A DNA stretch of 64,000 nucleotides, from the NCBI RefSeq assembly GCF_009914755.1, contig NC_060934.1, one strand, 5' to 3'. The notes under the pieces were generated by a model. It was not told the origin of the DNA. It did no database searches and saw nothing but the letters and a program-made list of their open reading frames with translations. Source of the DNA: the human T2T-CHM13v2.0 reference genome, Homo sapiens. The translations under genes were made by a program, and so were the position numbers. Below are positions 16,640-34,040 of this stretch, one piece after another. Within the stretch, counting starts at the first letter, position 1, and every line of letters starts with the position of its first letter.

Positions 16640-17515
16640 CTTCTTTACAGGAAATACAGGGGATAGAGAACCAAGGTAAACAATACCATAAGGAAACAAT
16701 CAGACAAATCCAGAATATGAGTTTTTCTTTGTTTTTTGTCTTGTCTTTACAACGCAATTGCACTGATCTTTAAAGGAAAAAAAAAAAAAAAGTCCACTTC
16801 GTCTGATATCTAAGTGCAATGTATGATCCTGGAGTGGATACTGCATCTGGAAAGAAAAAGTACTATGAAAAAGGAAAGGACAACTGAAGAAATTTGTCAA
16901 ATTAAGTTAGGTAATGGAATGATACATTGGTAAGTTTTCTGAATGTGATCATTGTACTAGTTATACAACGAACAGTCATTTTTTGAGGAAATGTATGCTT
17001 AAGTAATAAGGGTGAGAAGTGTTATAATATCTGTACTTTAGTCTCAAATGGTTCAGGACAAAAAAATGCATACTATTACTAATGTGTATCTTTATGTTTA
17101 TAGAGATAGAAAAACAACGCAGCAAATGTAAACAACTGGTGAATCTAAAGTATCAGTGGTGCATTTCACTAAAGTGTACATTAGAAATTTTTCAAGAGAA
17201 AACGTTAAAAATATGTCATTAAAAAAATAACCTGGGGACTTTTCTAGATCAAAAAGATTAAGGAGGAATATCCAAATTCAAGGTGTGAGTGGTGTTTGGG
17301 TCCTTGCTGGGTTTAAAAAAGAAGTCACTGTAGAAGACATCTTGGGAACAATGAGGGAAATTTTAATATGAGCTCAATATGAGATAATATTAGGAAATGA
17401 TTCTTAATTGTCCATGTGATAATAGCTTTGTGGATATTTAAGGAAACACCCTTATTCTAAGGAGTTGTGTTCTAAAGTATTTAAAGTGCCATGTCTGCAA
17501 ATAGTGCAAAAAAAT
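16640..17515 (+). mobile_element. Old L1M (MC/ME-type) 3' end fragments
   Basis: aagtgcaatgtatgatcctggagtggat; ctcaaatggttcag; aacaactggtgaatcta. Confidence 0.65.
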
Positions 17516-17568
17516 ACACACGTACACATATATGTACATGTGCACATGTACATATACATATAAACATA

Positions 17569-17912
17569 CAGGTGAGAACCCCTAACCCAAAATGCTTGGG
17601 ACCAAAAGTGTTTCAGATTTCCATTTTTTTCAGATTTTGGAATATTTACATGCACATGAGATTTCTCGAAGATGGGACCCAAATTTAAACAAAAAAAGTC
17701 ATTTATGTTTCAAATATGCCTTATACACATAACCAGAAGGTAATTTTATACAATATTTTAAATAATTTTTTACACGAAACCAAGTTTGTATTAAGTCCAA
17801 GTTTGTGTTAAGTACTTATGTGTGGAATTTTCCACTTGTGGTATCATGTCAGGGCTCAAAAAGTTCCAATTTGGGAGCATTTCATATTTTCAGATAACAG
17901 ATGCTCCACCTG
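17569..17912 (+). mobile_element. Tigger4b/MER46-type MITE (TcMar-Tigger)
   Basis: cagg...aaatgcttgggaccaaaagtgtttcagattt...gatgctccacctg, flanked by TA on both sides. Confidence 0.85.
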
Positions 17913-17936
17913 TATACACACACGCAGGAATAAATA

Positions 17937-18350
17937 TGTATTATTAGGAGTGCGAACAGGAAAATGCAAATCATCTCAAGTATTTTAAAGAGAGGGAAGT
18001 TAATACAAGGAACTGGTACAAAGATTTGTAAGAAGAGTCGTGACTCTAAACCAGGATGGTGGTGGAGGCGGGGGCCACACACAGGTTAGCAGTAGCAGGA
18101 AGCTATGACTACCCCTGGGCTGAGGGGATAAGGGGAGGTAGCACCAGAGCCCAGGGTGGCGGAAGTGGGAGCCATGGAGGACTCAGGGGCAGGAGCTGGA
18201 ATTTGGGGAGAGACTTGTTTGCTGCAGAGACACAGCCCAAAACAGAGAGGGAGAAGGGAACTACTTTGGGGCTATGTCATCCCGGGGCCTCCTATCTCCC
18301 ACCAAACCTCCCACTGGCCAAACCCAACCAGAGGTCAACTGACACAGCTG
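17937..18350. mobile_element. MaLR LTR fragment (MLT1 M/N-like)
   Basis: tgtattattagg...aggaaaatgcaaatcatctcaagtatttt...ggttagcagtagcaggaagc. Confidence 0.55.
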
Positions 18351-19029
18351 TGCTTTGTATGATTCTCTCAGCTACTATTTGAGTTTTTCATAACAAATTG
18401 GGAAACCAAATTAATTTTAAACAAATTTAATGACCCAGGGTTCATGAGAATACAGGAAGCCAGCATTCTCACACACTGCGCCTGAGTATTTTGCACACAT
18501 TTTTGGAGAGGCGGGGGGACAGGGAGCTAGAATTTGGTACCACGCATCAAAATGCTTAAAATGAAATATACCCATTGATCCAGAAATTTAAAATGTGGAG
18601 GAAGATACATAGCCAAGATGCATATATTAAATGGGATATTTTAATATATAACAATAGAGAATGGGAACTAGCTATACACGTAAAAACAGGAAACAGGTTG
18701 AACACATTCAATCAATTAAACACAACAGAGCAATTCACAATGTTGTTCACCGACTGTTACATAAGACTTTGTTTCATCCCTAGTTTGAAGAATGTATTAT
18801 CTACAGCCATAGACAAAAGAACTGCTATGCACAACTGGCAGTGCTTGTCTATATTTCCTGGCATTCCATAATAAATATATATGTGCAGTTTTAAATATTT
18901 ATCCTCTTAAATAACTAGTGAATACATTTCTTTCTTTCCCATCTCTTCCTCTCCTGTTCCCAATAAAATAATGACTGTCCAATTCACTTCTAGACCCCAT
19001 CTCTTCAATCCTGTGCCACATCTTGCTAC

Positions 19030-19290
19030 ATTTATCTTCACAAAATATTCCCTTTATCATGTGACTGTCCTGTAATATGAGTCATTTCCAATGACTCACT
19101 ACTTTCTAAAAGTCAAAATCCAGTGTTCTTGGCCAAGCACTCAAAGCTCATCCCAAGCCGGTTTGTGACCAGCCTCAGCGTTGCCTCACCGTATTTCGAT
19201 GTTCAATTGTTCTGTTCACTGATAAACCCCAAGCACCCAAAACAGTGTCTGAGACAGAGAAGATGCTCAATAAATACTGGTCAAGTGAAG
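19030..19290 (+). mobile_element. L2 3' fragment
   Basis: tgttcactgataaaccccaagcacccaaaacagtgtctgagacagagaagatgctcaataaata. Confidence 0.7.
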
Positions 19291-19406
19291 AGACCCTTAT
19301 GTTTTTGTTTATTCTCTTCCACATATCTGCAAAGCTTTCACCCCCAGAGTTCCAACTACCCAAATTGTAGGTATCTTCCCAAATCCAGTTTATAAACCAT
19401 CCCCTT

Positions 19407-20047
<641 letters not shown>

Positions 20048-21233
20048 TTACCTAGAACACATTTGTCACTTAATAGCCTATTTCCTGTATATGCATGGTA
20101 ATTTTTTTACTCTAGATAAGGTCTCCAAAGGCAGGGGCCATCTTCAGCTTTTTTTAGCATAGAACAAACAAAGCACTGTGTTGCATAACTAGTGTGTCCC
20201 AGAAAAAAATAAAAATAATACCCCTATTGGGTATAGGAAAGAACTTACACAAGAGTTTCTAGGAGAATATAATCAACAAACACAGGCCTATGCTCTCCTA
20301 GCTGCCAAAAGAAATGCGTGGACATGCCAGGCCATGTCAGGATCAACGCCCCCATTCACCCTTTATCCTGTCCCTCAGAGCTGGCTCAAGAAATGCTGTG
20401 TGATTATTCTAGTTTACATTCCAGGAAACACTTCAGATGTGGGGAAAGAAGACATCCAGACACTCTTCCCTTGCAATGAAAACGAACCCAACTTGCAATA
20501 TGAATACCTTCGTCCTCACCTGCAGAGGTGGGTCCCCAGTGTGACTGGCCAGGAATCTTAGGCAGAAGAAGTGAGCTTAAGCCCCGATAAATATCTTACT
20601 CATACCCCAGAAAAAAGAGGGCAAGCCAAAACTCACCTTGGCCAACCCAGTTCTCCTCACTCTAGTCCCGATGGATCTAAGAGTGTGGAAGGGTACGAAC
20701 AGTGGGTAGTATTGTTACCTGATGAACTGGTAGACAGAAAACAGAAGGCTTTACTGAGGGAAGGTAGTGAATATGGAATAATCCAAGCCTAAGTCCCTAA
20801 ACCACAGTGTGGACGTAGCTACAGGATATTCTGCTCCAGAACTCAAATCTGTATCTGCAAGCTTCACAACCATCAGCACCATGAAAGCAGGCACCTGGTG
20901 CTGCGCCCACCTCCTAATCCATTCCATTCCTTCACCCTCACTCTGATTACAGAGCACTTCTGACATGACACCTGCTTTTCCATGTGACAATCCTGCAAGA
21001 TCAATGTTTTCAACTGTATTTTGTAGAAGAAGAGACTAAGGAATAGGACACTTGACTTGCCTGAAATCAACACCACATAATGTCACAGTCAAGCATAGCT
21101 TAGGCTCAGACGCTAACCTGGAAATCCACATTTTCCCTTTAGGACACACTGATTCTTCCAAGAAGTTTGCCAAGGTGACACATTAGGAAGGGAGACACTG
21201 TCGCAACACCCAAGATAAAAGGCCTTTTTTAAG

Positions 21234-21439
21234 GGGGTACACATGGACATAAAGATGGCAACAATAAACACTGGGGACTACTAGATGGAGAAGGGAGGGT
21301 GAGGAGATGGTTGAAAAGGTATTGGGTACTATGCTCACTACCTGGGTGATGGAATCAATCGTACCCCAAACCTCAGCATCATGCAATATACCCATTAACA
21401 AACCTGCACAAGTATCCCTGAATCTAAAATAAAAGCTGA
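21234..21439 (+). mobile_element. L1PA17-like 3' end
   Basis: catggacataaagatggcaacaataaacactggggactactag...cgtaccccaaacctcagcatc...aatctaaaataaaag. Confidence 0.85.
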
Positions 21440-21750
<311 letters not shown>

Positions 21751-21988
21751 AGTGGAAATTATTTTTAAAAATAAAATAAATTTTAAAATAAAAACCTTTT
21801 CTTCTTAGAACAGAAAAAAAAATGGAATAGTGAAAGCTGTATCATCCACCAGGTAATATGCTAGACTAATTTCACTATGAAGAAGTCACACTTTGCACCA
21901 CTTTGCCTATCACAGATAAACAATCTAAGACGCATTCCATTCCATACTCCAGGCAGTGCTAGATTCAAAGCTGTAGAAAGAACAACCA

Positions 21989-22310
21989 GGCCAGGTGCGG
22001 TGGCTCACACCTGTAATCCCAGAACACTTTGGGAGGCCAAGGCGGGAGGGTTGCTTGAGGCCAGGAGTTCAAAACCAGCCTGGGCAACACAGCAAAATCT
22101 CAATCCCACCAAAAAAATTAAAAATAAAATTAGTCAGGCGTGGTGTTCTGCACCTGTAGTCCCAGCTGCTCAGGAGGCTGAGGTAGGAGGATCGCTTGAG
22201 CCCAGGAGGTCAAGGCTGCAGTAAGCTATTATCGCATCAATGCACTCCAGCCTGGGTGACAAAGAGAGACCCTGTCTCAAAAAAGGAAAAGAAAAAGGAA
22301 ACAAAAACAA
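21989..22310 (+). mobile_element. AluJ
   Basis: Dimeric Alu with A-rich tail. Confidence 0.93.
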
Positions 22311-23197
22311 CCCATAAACATAAAATAGGGTCACGGACATCTCCAGGCAGAGATCTCCTGCCTCTCCTCTGGAGAGGTTACCTCCTCTGAGGCCTGGTAA
22401 CTATAATATTGGGTGGTATTTTAAAAACTAACTAAAATGTTGAATATTTCTCTACTATTTATAAAAGAAATAATCCAAAACAACCAACCTGGAAGAACTT
22501 TAAGGTTACTCATCCAGCCTAAGAGAAGAAAGATCTACCCTCTCCTGTTTACTTCTCCCTAGCAAACAAGAGATGTTGACTCAGACCAAAAGGAATTTTT
22601 CTGACCTGGAAAGAAAAGCCTCACTGAAACATGATAAATTCCAAATGGCTCTGAATCCTAAACAAAAACTTGACCCCGAAGTAGCTCCCCACTTCCCTGT
22701 CACATTACTTAATCCAAAAATGACCTGATTTTTCACAAAGAAAGGCTCCCAAATGACTTCAACATAAAGATTAATTCCTTACACCTGGCTATATGAAACC
22801 CAACTGCATCAGAAGAAATACTCCTACATGAATATAACAGAGTAGACTATTATTAGGAATAAATGAACCCTGATGAAGGCCTTGCACCTACCTCTGATTT
22901 CCTCTTTGGAGCTATGGACAAACAGTTATCCAACTGCACCTCGTGGCATCTGTACTTAAATCCAGCACACCCCACACTGCGTGGGGTCCAAGTTAAAGTG
23001 CCACAGCACCCCAACATCCTAAGTGTGGCCCCTAAGGGGTGGATGCCATACCACGGCACAGCTTAGATCACAGCCACTTGTGATCTAAGGACGGAGGGGC
23101 CTGTTCCCAATGTCTCCTCAGGATTGCTGATGTCTGAGGTGGAGTTCCCATCTCCTTGCAGGATACTCCTACTCTTGGCCAAGGGAGGGATCTATGA

Positions 23198-23877
<680 letters not shown>

Positions 23878-24219
23878 CTGTGCATCAACTTTGAGGAAAG
23901 AATATGAGCATGGACTGAGCCATACACACAGGGGATGTACCTTCATATATGACAAGATACAAGCCATGAAGTCCACAGGATCTTCCTGTTGCTCAAACTT
24001 GTTATCTGCTTGTCTATACCTCCTGGAAAGCCATCCCTACCCCTTCCCTTGCGGAAATCTTACCCACATTTCAGTTCCTGGCTGAAATGTATCTCTGCAA
24101 GACAACCATCTTCAATCCTACTTTTATCTTATGCCCAGTCCCCCCAAAGCACTTAAAATGACGTCTTGAAGATGTGCATGTTTTACCGTTTATCACCATG
24201 GTGAGTCCCATAGGCCACA

Positions 24220-24335
24220 GTATGCATTCATTCCACAAATATTCACGAAGCATCTACCATGTGGCAGGCACGGAACAAGATGCAGGGTCATCGCAATGAA
24301 TGGGTCCCACCCTCCTAGAATCTGTGGTCTAGCAT
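24220..24335 (-). mobile_element. L2 3' end fragment
   Basis: cattcattccacaaatattcacgaagcatctaccatgtggcaggcac. Confidence 0.7.
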
Positions 24336-25045
24336 ACGAATCAACTAGAGCTCCCTCTTAAACATAGCCCTCACACCACAAAACATTCACTGAAGTCTGT
24401 TACTGGTTATTTCAAGCCAAAGATCAATTTCTATTCCCTTGCTAACCTATTTTGTTTGAAAATCTACTGGCACTTAGATTTTTCTGAAAGGCCCTAATAT
24501 TATGACTCAAGACTTTATCTAGGCCATCTGGTCAGTTTCAAATACAGACATCCATTTAAAATAGGAGAATTTTAAAGTACGGGCTCCAAGACACCTTATA
24601 AAATACACATAAAAGAGATTTTATACATTAATTCCATAAAATTCATAATTCCTTACATACATGGTTAGTTCTCTGTTCCTATATTCCCTTATGAGACATT
24701 TGAAATGTAATGCGTGTGCCTTCAGTTTATTTAAGAAATTATGGTACATGGTGTCTCAGAAAAAGGAAGTTTAACACAATGCATTAAAACAGAGAATACA
24801 TCAAGCACAAATACAACTAGTCTGCACTGGTAATATTCCCTAGGATACTTTAAAGTTTCTGATAAAATCCTGCATGGAAGCATGGAAACAAATTAGCTGT
24901 ATGGGAACTCAGGCAAAACATAATTACACAACTAGTAATTAAAGTGTGAAATGGACTACCTCAAACAACAATAAAACTTGTAACTATAAACTTATCAGAT
25001 GGGAGGAGGGGACAAAAGAGCAGAGTAGGTTGTGAAGCTTGAAAG

Positions 25046-25590
<545 letters not shown>

Positions 25591-26347
25591 CTTTAAAGAC
25601 ATACAGATAAATTGTGTGCAGCTGGTGACCTGGGCCTTGATGACAAGGGCATCTAGTGAGTGCAAGCCTTATCTATCAGTAGCCACAAAAAGGACAATAA
25701 AATGACTCTGTGGTTAAGTGGCCTGAAACTGCACAAGTCATTTCCTCTTTGTGGGCACCCAAGTCCTTTTGTATAGAAATGAGGGAGTTGGATGGTCTCT
25801 GGGGTTCCTATATTGCTCTACCAGTCTATGATGCTATATCAGAAAAATTAAACAAACTCCAGGCAGCCTTTTTCCCACAAGTAGAAATAAAACAGCCATT
25901 CCTACCAACACATAATTAGATCTTGAAAACAACCCATAATACAAAATTAAAAGTACCTAATCTCCTCTACAACATTCTGTGTTAAACACGCATTTATAAG
26001 CATGTTCCCCTGCAATCGCAGAGTTCAAAGTTCTGTAGACACCATTCACCCAGAACAGCTTTCCAAACCCTGAGAGTCTGGTGGAGGTGCTGGAAACACC
26101 ATAAGCAAGCAAAGTCACGGTCCCACGCAGATTACTGGAAAAGCCTTCTAAGAGCAAGAAAAGTCAAATATGGAGAAGAGCGTCCACGTGGCTACTACTG
26201 ACTGGACACATTTCTATATTTACCATGCACTCTGACAGCAGCTGGGGATGGCAGGATGGCATGGTGCACACCACCAGTGAATTAAGAACCAAACACCCAG
26301 TCTGAAAATAATTGTGTTATGCAATAACAGCGGTACAGCCAAATCTA

Positions 26348-26724
<377 letters not shown>

Positions 26725-26895
26725 TCACTAACAATACTCAGTTATGGAAATTGTAACTGCCAACCAAGCAGTACATGAATTGAGAAAATACAGAAAACAC
26801 TAAAGACAAAGAACGCTTCATGAAGAAATGGTCATTTATTTTCAATCAGGAGAAATCTTAGGACAAAGGTGAGGAGGTCAAAACATGCACAGTGA

Positions 26896-27505
<610 letters not shown>

Positions 27506-28671
27506 AAAAAAATGCATGGTGTATTGGAACAACCAGGGAAACAGCCTAGAAACAATACACTCCATCACAACTTGTGGTGTTGTCCTTATTCATCCTTTCT
27601 CCCCACAATATACTGATACGTTGAATTGAGCCAGGCACATGTAACATCTCTGCTAGGGATAGACTAGGGCAGAGCCCTTTTTAGACCCGTCTGAAAAAAG
27701 CTAGTGCTCGAATCCTAACCTTCATGTCATCATTAATTGTGACGTTTGTTCTAAACAACCTTAAAGCAATGTAATATACCACCAACAGAAACATCAAATG
27801 TAAATCCAGAATTTGAGGTTTCAAGGGAAAAAAAGCATTTCAAAAGGCCCCAAATAAATTTTAATTCTAAAATTTTAAGGATTATTTCATTTTCTTATAT
27901 CCTCCCTCTACTTTAAGTTAAATCCCTTCTCATCCCTCCAATCTTGTTTAATATTAATAGTTACTTAATACATTCCTGAGTGCAGTGCAGCAACACTTCC
28001 TGTTTATCAAAAGACTAAAATAAATAGCAGGTCAACAAGACTAGACAAGGAAAACACAAAACTCGTTTGACAACTGGGGCCAGAAACATGTTTGTATGCA
28101 TGCAAGAGAAACAACCACCTACCTTTTTAGTTAGACCTGCTCGATATCATACAGCAAGCAGATTATTTCAGTATAACCCTCAAACCATGCCCCTCTTTCC
28201 TTCTCCCCTCCAAAAGGACATTTAAAGCCAACCAGAGATTTGGGCAATGAATTTATGAACTTTAAGTTCAAGACTTTCAACTTTCATATTACAATGTAGT
28301 GATGAATATTACCAATGTGATATGATTAACAAAATTAGCACCTCCTCATATGTGAAATATGGTACTAAAGCCCATTCTTGCTGAAAATCTAGGATGACAA
28401 ACAACTCACAGGGCAAAACCCATGTGGTTAGGTGGGTGTTTGTTTTGATGCGAAGCCTCCAGTTTTGTTCCTGTCTAGGCCTGTCCCACAGTCATCTGAC
28501 ATTCCTGCAAAAACTTGTCTTTATTTTGGATGGACACACAAGCAATGGAATTGGCACTGAAATTTCAGCTTATGGTGCAGGGTATGTTAGGATACAATTT
28601 CCCCCTGAAGTAAATACTGAAACACTGACATGTGGGTTTGTTTTGCTTTTTTACTTTTAAAAATTTGCAAA

Positions 28672-29351
<680 letters not shown>

Positions 29352-30412
29352 TCATGATAAAGACATCTGCCAGAGCATACACAACCAATCATAAAAACAT
29401 TCCAAAATTATGTAGTAAGGCTAAATCTACCATAATTTACACAAAATAATTTGCCTTTAATGATTTTCACTCTCAATTAAAAGGCCCAATGTCATGATGA
29501 AATAAAAGAAAACACTTTTCAGGCTGATTAGAGGATACTTGGCAGAACAATGAGCTGCATTATTCCAGAAAGGCAATAGAAGTATCCTGAGAATGGTGAC
29601 TCGTTTGTTCTAAATCTATATCAACTATTCAAAGTAACTTTGAAAAAGCTTACCTAAAGGAATATGATACAGAGACAGAAAATGACTCGGTTATATATAA
29701 ATCTTAAGCAATGTTACGCTCCTTACAAAGACCAACAGCAACCAAAAGAAATCAATTCCAGAACTGAAGAGACTGCATTCTAAAATTAACAGAATTTTAA
29801 TATTCAAATTAAGTTATTTCCTTCCTGTACCTCCATCCTGTCTTTGAAAAGAGTTGTGGAGCGAACAGGGCGTAAAGTAAGCTATGTGAAAAGAAGAAAA
29901 ACCACAGAGACCAATGCCACAGGAATGCTGAAGCTGCACACAGGGTGTGCCTGGGCAGCCGGCAAGCTGAGGGCAGGGAAGGAGTCTGACCCTCTCCTCC
30001 AACCCCATAGCCAGCGAAAAGGCAATACCCTGAGAGGGGCTCCAGAGCATCCCCCAGGAGTGCCCAGCATCCACAGTGATAAGCTGAGTGACCAGGGGGC
30101 TCAACTACTTGCAGGGTTCCCAAGGGAGCAAGACCCTGCTCTTCCACATTGCGAATCACACACAGTTCCTGTACAGCCATCTCCTGGAGACATAAGATTC
30201 CCAGCTCTCACCAATTATGATAAAAATAAAGTGAGATCCATTCAGTTATCTGCTGGAAGATATAACTAAAGCACTAAATACCACTGCTAATCTGAGTTAT
30301 GTGAAAAATATATATTTTGGGGTTACACCAATACCTTCAATTAAGCATGTACTAAATTATAACATACAAACTCTAACACTAGAAAAACAATGGCTTTAAT
30401 ATTGTCTAAACA

Positions 30413-30712
30413 GGCTGGGTGCAGTGGCTCACGCCTGTAATCCTAGAGCTTTGGGAGGCCAAACCAGGCAGATCGCTTGAGTCCAGGAGTTCAAGACCAG
30501 CCTGGGCAACATGGTGAGATCCCATCTCTAAAAAAATATAATAATAAAAAACACAAAAATTAGCCAGGCATGGCGCCACGTACCTGTAGTCCCAGCTACT
30601 CCAGAGGCTAAGGTAGGAGGACCACCTGAGCCCAGGGAGTTCAAGGCTGCAGTGAGACATGATGGTGCCACTGCACTCCAGCCTTGTGATAAAGTGAGAT
30701 CCTGTCTCAAAA
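30413..30712 (+). mobile_element. AluJb-like with TA-rich fold-back tail
   Basis: TSD attgtctaaacag at 30401 and 30803. Confidence 0.93.
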
Positions 30713-31578
30713 TATATATTTTTGAGACATATATTTATATATTTTTATATATATACTGTTGTTTTATGTATATATATAGACTGTTTATCTATGTATATAT
30801 AGATTGTCTAAACAGTAACAAATAAGATTTGCCCGTCACCACACTGTCATTCACTCTTGCTATCTCCAGTGGTTATCGCCTGTACAGAAATCAAATTATA
30901 GTTTACCTAGTCCAAGTTTTAATAATAAACTGGCTCAATGCTTCTGCACAAGGTCACTATAAACTATAATCATAGAAAACATCCATGTATGTGTTTTGAG
31001 AAATGAGGACTGAAGAACCAGCCTGGCCACTTAATCTCCTGTGACAGCAGGGTAAGATCAGGCTTGATGTTCAGCACGGTACTCCCTGGGGATGTTCCGT
31101 CTCACTCTCCAGGGCAGGACACTTTGGGCCTCACACTTCCTGCGCACACTTGCCCCACAATCTTCTTGCCTATGCTCCGAAAGCTGTTGACAGCCTTCAT
31201 CTCAAAAACATTTAACTTCATATATTTTGCCTCAGCATTTAGAATATCACAAAGCATTTTGTAAGCCACCTTTCAAAACACAGTATCTTCTTTAGAAAGT
31301 GAGGCAGAAGGCAGGATATTAGTTTAATATTCCTTTTTGACAAATACATATATTGAACATGATGAAATATTTACCAGTGTAACTATCTGATATCTAAGAT
31401 TTATTTCAAAATGATGGAATGGAAATAGTGCGAGGGTACAGAAGAAACAAGATTGGCCAAAAATGTGAATTGCTGAAGTTGGGTGACAGGTACATGGAGG
31501 TATGTTATTCTCTTAACAATTGTAGTATATTTGAAATTTTCCCTAATGAAAGCATATTTTTACAAAAATATATATATT

Positions 31579-31826
31579 GGCCAGGCACGGTGGCTTACAC
31601 CTATAATTCCAGCACTTTGGGAGGCTGAGGTGGGAGATCACCTGAGCTCAGGAGTTCAAGACCAGCCTGGCCAACACGGCAAGAACCCTGTCTCTACTAA
31701 AAATATAAAAATTAGCCAAGCATGGTGGCACATGCCTGTAATCCCAGCTACTTGGGAGGCTGCGGCAGGAGAACCTAGGAGGCCTGGGCAACAGAGCGAG
31801 GCTCTGTCTGGGGGACAAAAAAGAAA
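31579..31826 (+). mobile_element. AluS with right-arm deletion
   Basis: Alu lacking the ggttgcagtgagc...cactcca segment. Confidence 0.9.
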
Positions 31827-33509
31827 TCATATATTGACTTGAAAGGTTAGAGGATGCCTTTGATTTACATGTATCCAGTAAAATCATACGAGAAAAAGGC
31901 CACCAATGATGGCTGAAACAGCCAGAGAGACACACAGAAGCAAAGTCACTATGTTTATTATGCATTTCTGATTGCTTTTTTCCTTAAAGAAGCATAGTGC
32001 CTTTGACTTCTGTTTCTGACTCCCCAAATTTTAAGGTCACCTCTGATAAGATCATAAACTTCTTTGAGCTCATATCACCAATTATTTCAAACTCTGTTTG
32101 AAAAACCAAAATGTATTAGATATCAATCAGATCATAGTAATTAATCTCAGCTTTATGATGTCAGAAGACTTTTAAACTTCCCATTTTCCACAGCTTGTTC
32201 CCCGCCTAGGGAAAAAGCTCAATCACTTCATAAATCTGGCATCATTCTAGTACACTGTGTTTTAAAATATGCTCAAGTATTGATCACGGCGATGCAGCGG
32301 AGGAACTGCAGGCTTGAGCACACCGCAGGGATGCAGGACCAGGGATGGGGGCACTTCTTTAGGGGACATCTGTAATCGCACTCTGGGCTCACAGTGGAAG
32401 GGTGCCGCAGGCTGGGAGCTGGGCTCCTTTCACTTTCCAGTTTGAGTTCTCGTCTACACTTCACTGGTGGATCTGTTACTGATATTAAAACCCAAAGCCA
32501 CCAGCAGAGAGCACTCAACGAGCACAAGCTTGGTAATTCCTGTTCACTGCAGAGGGAAACAGGAGTGCACATCATTAAAGCAAGAACACATTCTTAATGG
32601 AAACTTCGTATGGAGCACAGGGACAGTATATACATAATCCAAAATTCAAATAAACTCAGTGTTCGTGAGAAAATAAGCATGTAATCCTGAAGATTCTATG
32701 AAATGCATCCCATATTGTTTAATTATTTATCTCTCAGGGTATTTTTTTTTAAGTCAATGCAGTATGGTTGGAAACTGCATTGTGATCTATGGCTTTCTCC
32801 ATGCAATTAAAATAGCCTTGCAAGTCATGCCCATTTTTAAAAGCTTATACAAGCACCTACCCTCTTGCAGTGGTGAAGATAGCACTGTAATTTCCCTTCA
32901 GTTCTCTTACATAACTAAAGAGTTTTTTGTTTTGTTTATAAGCTCATACATTGGCTAGAAAAAATTATAAACTTGCTGGTAAATTTCTAAACTTGCTAGT
33001 AAAAAAATTAAGTTATATATAAGAGGCTGCCCTGTTCTAATCCCAATCAAGTATTTAAAATAATTTTACTATGATCACAGTAAACATAGCACATAGAACT
33101 AAAGGAAATACTATAGTGAATATATATAAGCTAAACTGGCTAGTTGTCATTAAACCCAGTAACTAGAAAACTGACCACAAAATATTTTTGTTTTTACTGT
33201 TATGTTATATTATTAACTCAAGACAAAGGCAGGGGTGTAGAGGTGAAGAAGAGCTCTGGGGATAGGTCAAGTCAGCTGGGCTGTGCTACCACGGGCAGCA
33301 GCAGTCTGCAGGAGAGCCCTGAACATCAGTCTACTGGATGCTGTAGCCCAAGTGACAACAACGTAACTGCGGAGCAAATGCTGGAGCAGTAGAAATGCTA
33401 GAGCTTCTAAAATCCGCTCAGTGAGCTGATTAGTTACAAATATGAAGGAAGCATCAGCTCATTCAGTACAAGCAATGGAGCCTAGGAATTAACAGTGAAG
33501 ACTGGACAT

Positions 33510-34040
<531 letters not shown>

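Noticed and set aside
20520-20690. Two small GTGAG-donor exon candidates on -
   Set aside because: Weak acceptors; within chance expectation for 64 kb
22341-22374. Imperfect hairpin as pre-miRNA
   Set aside because: Stem too short and irregular; no known mature sequence recognised
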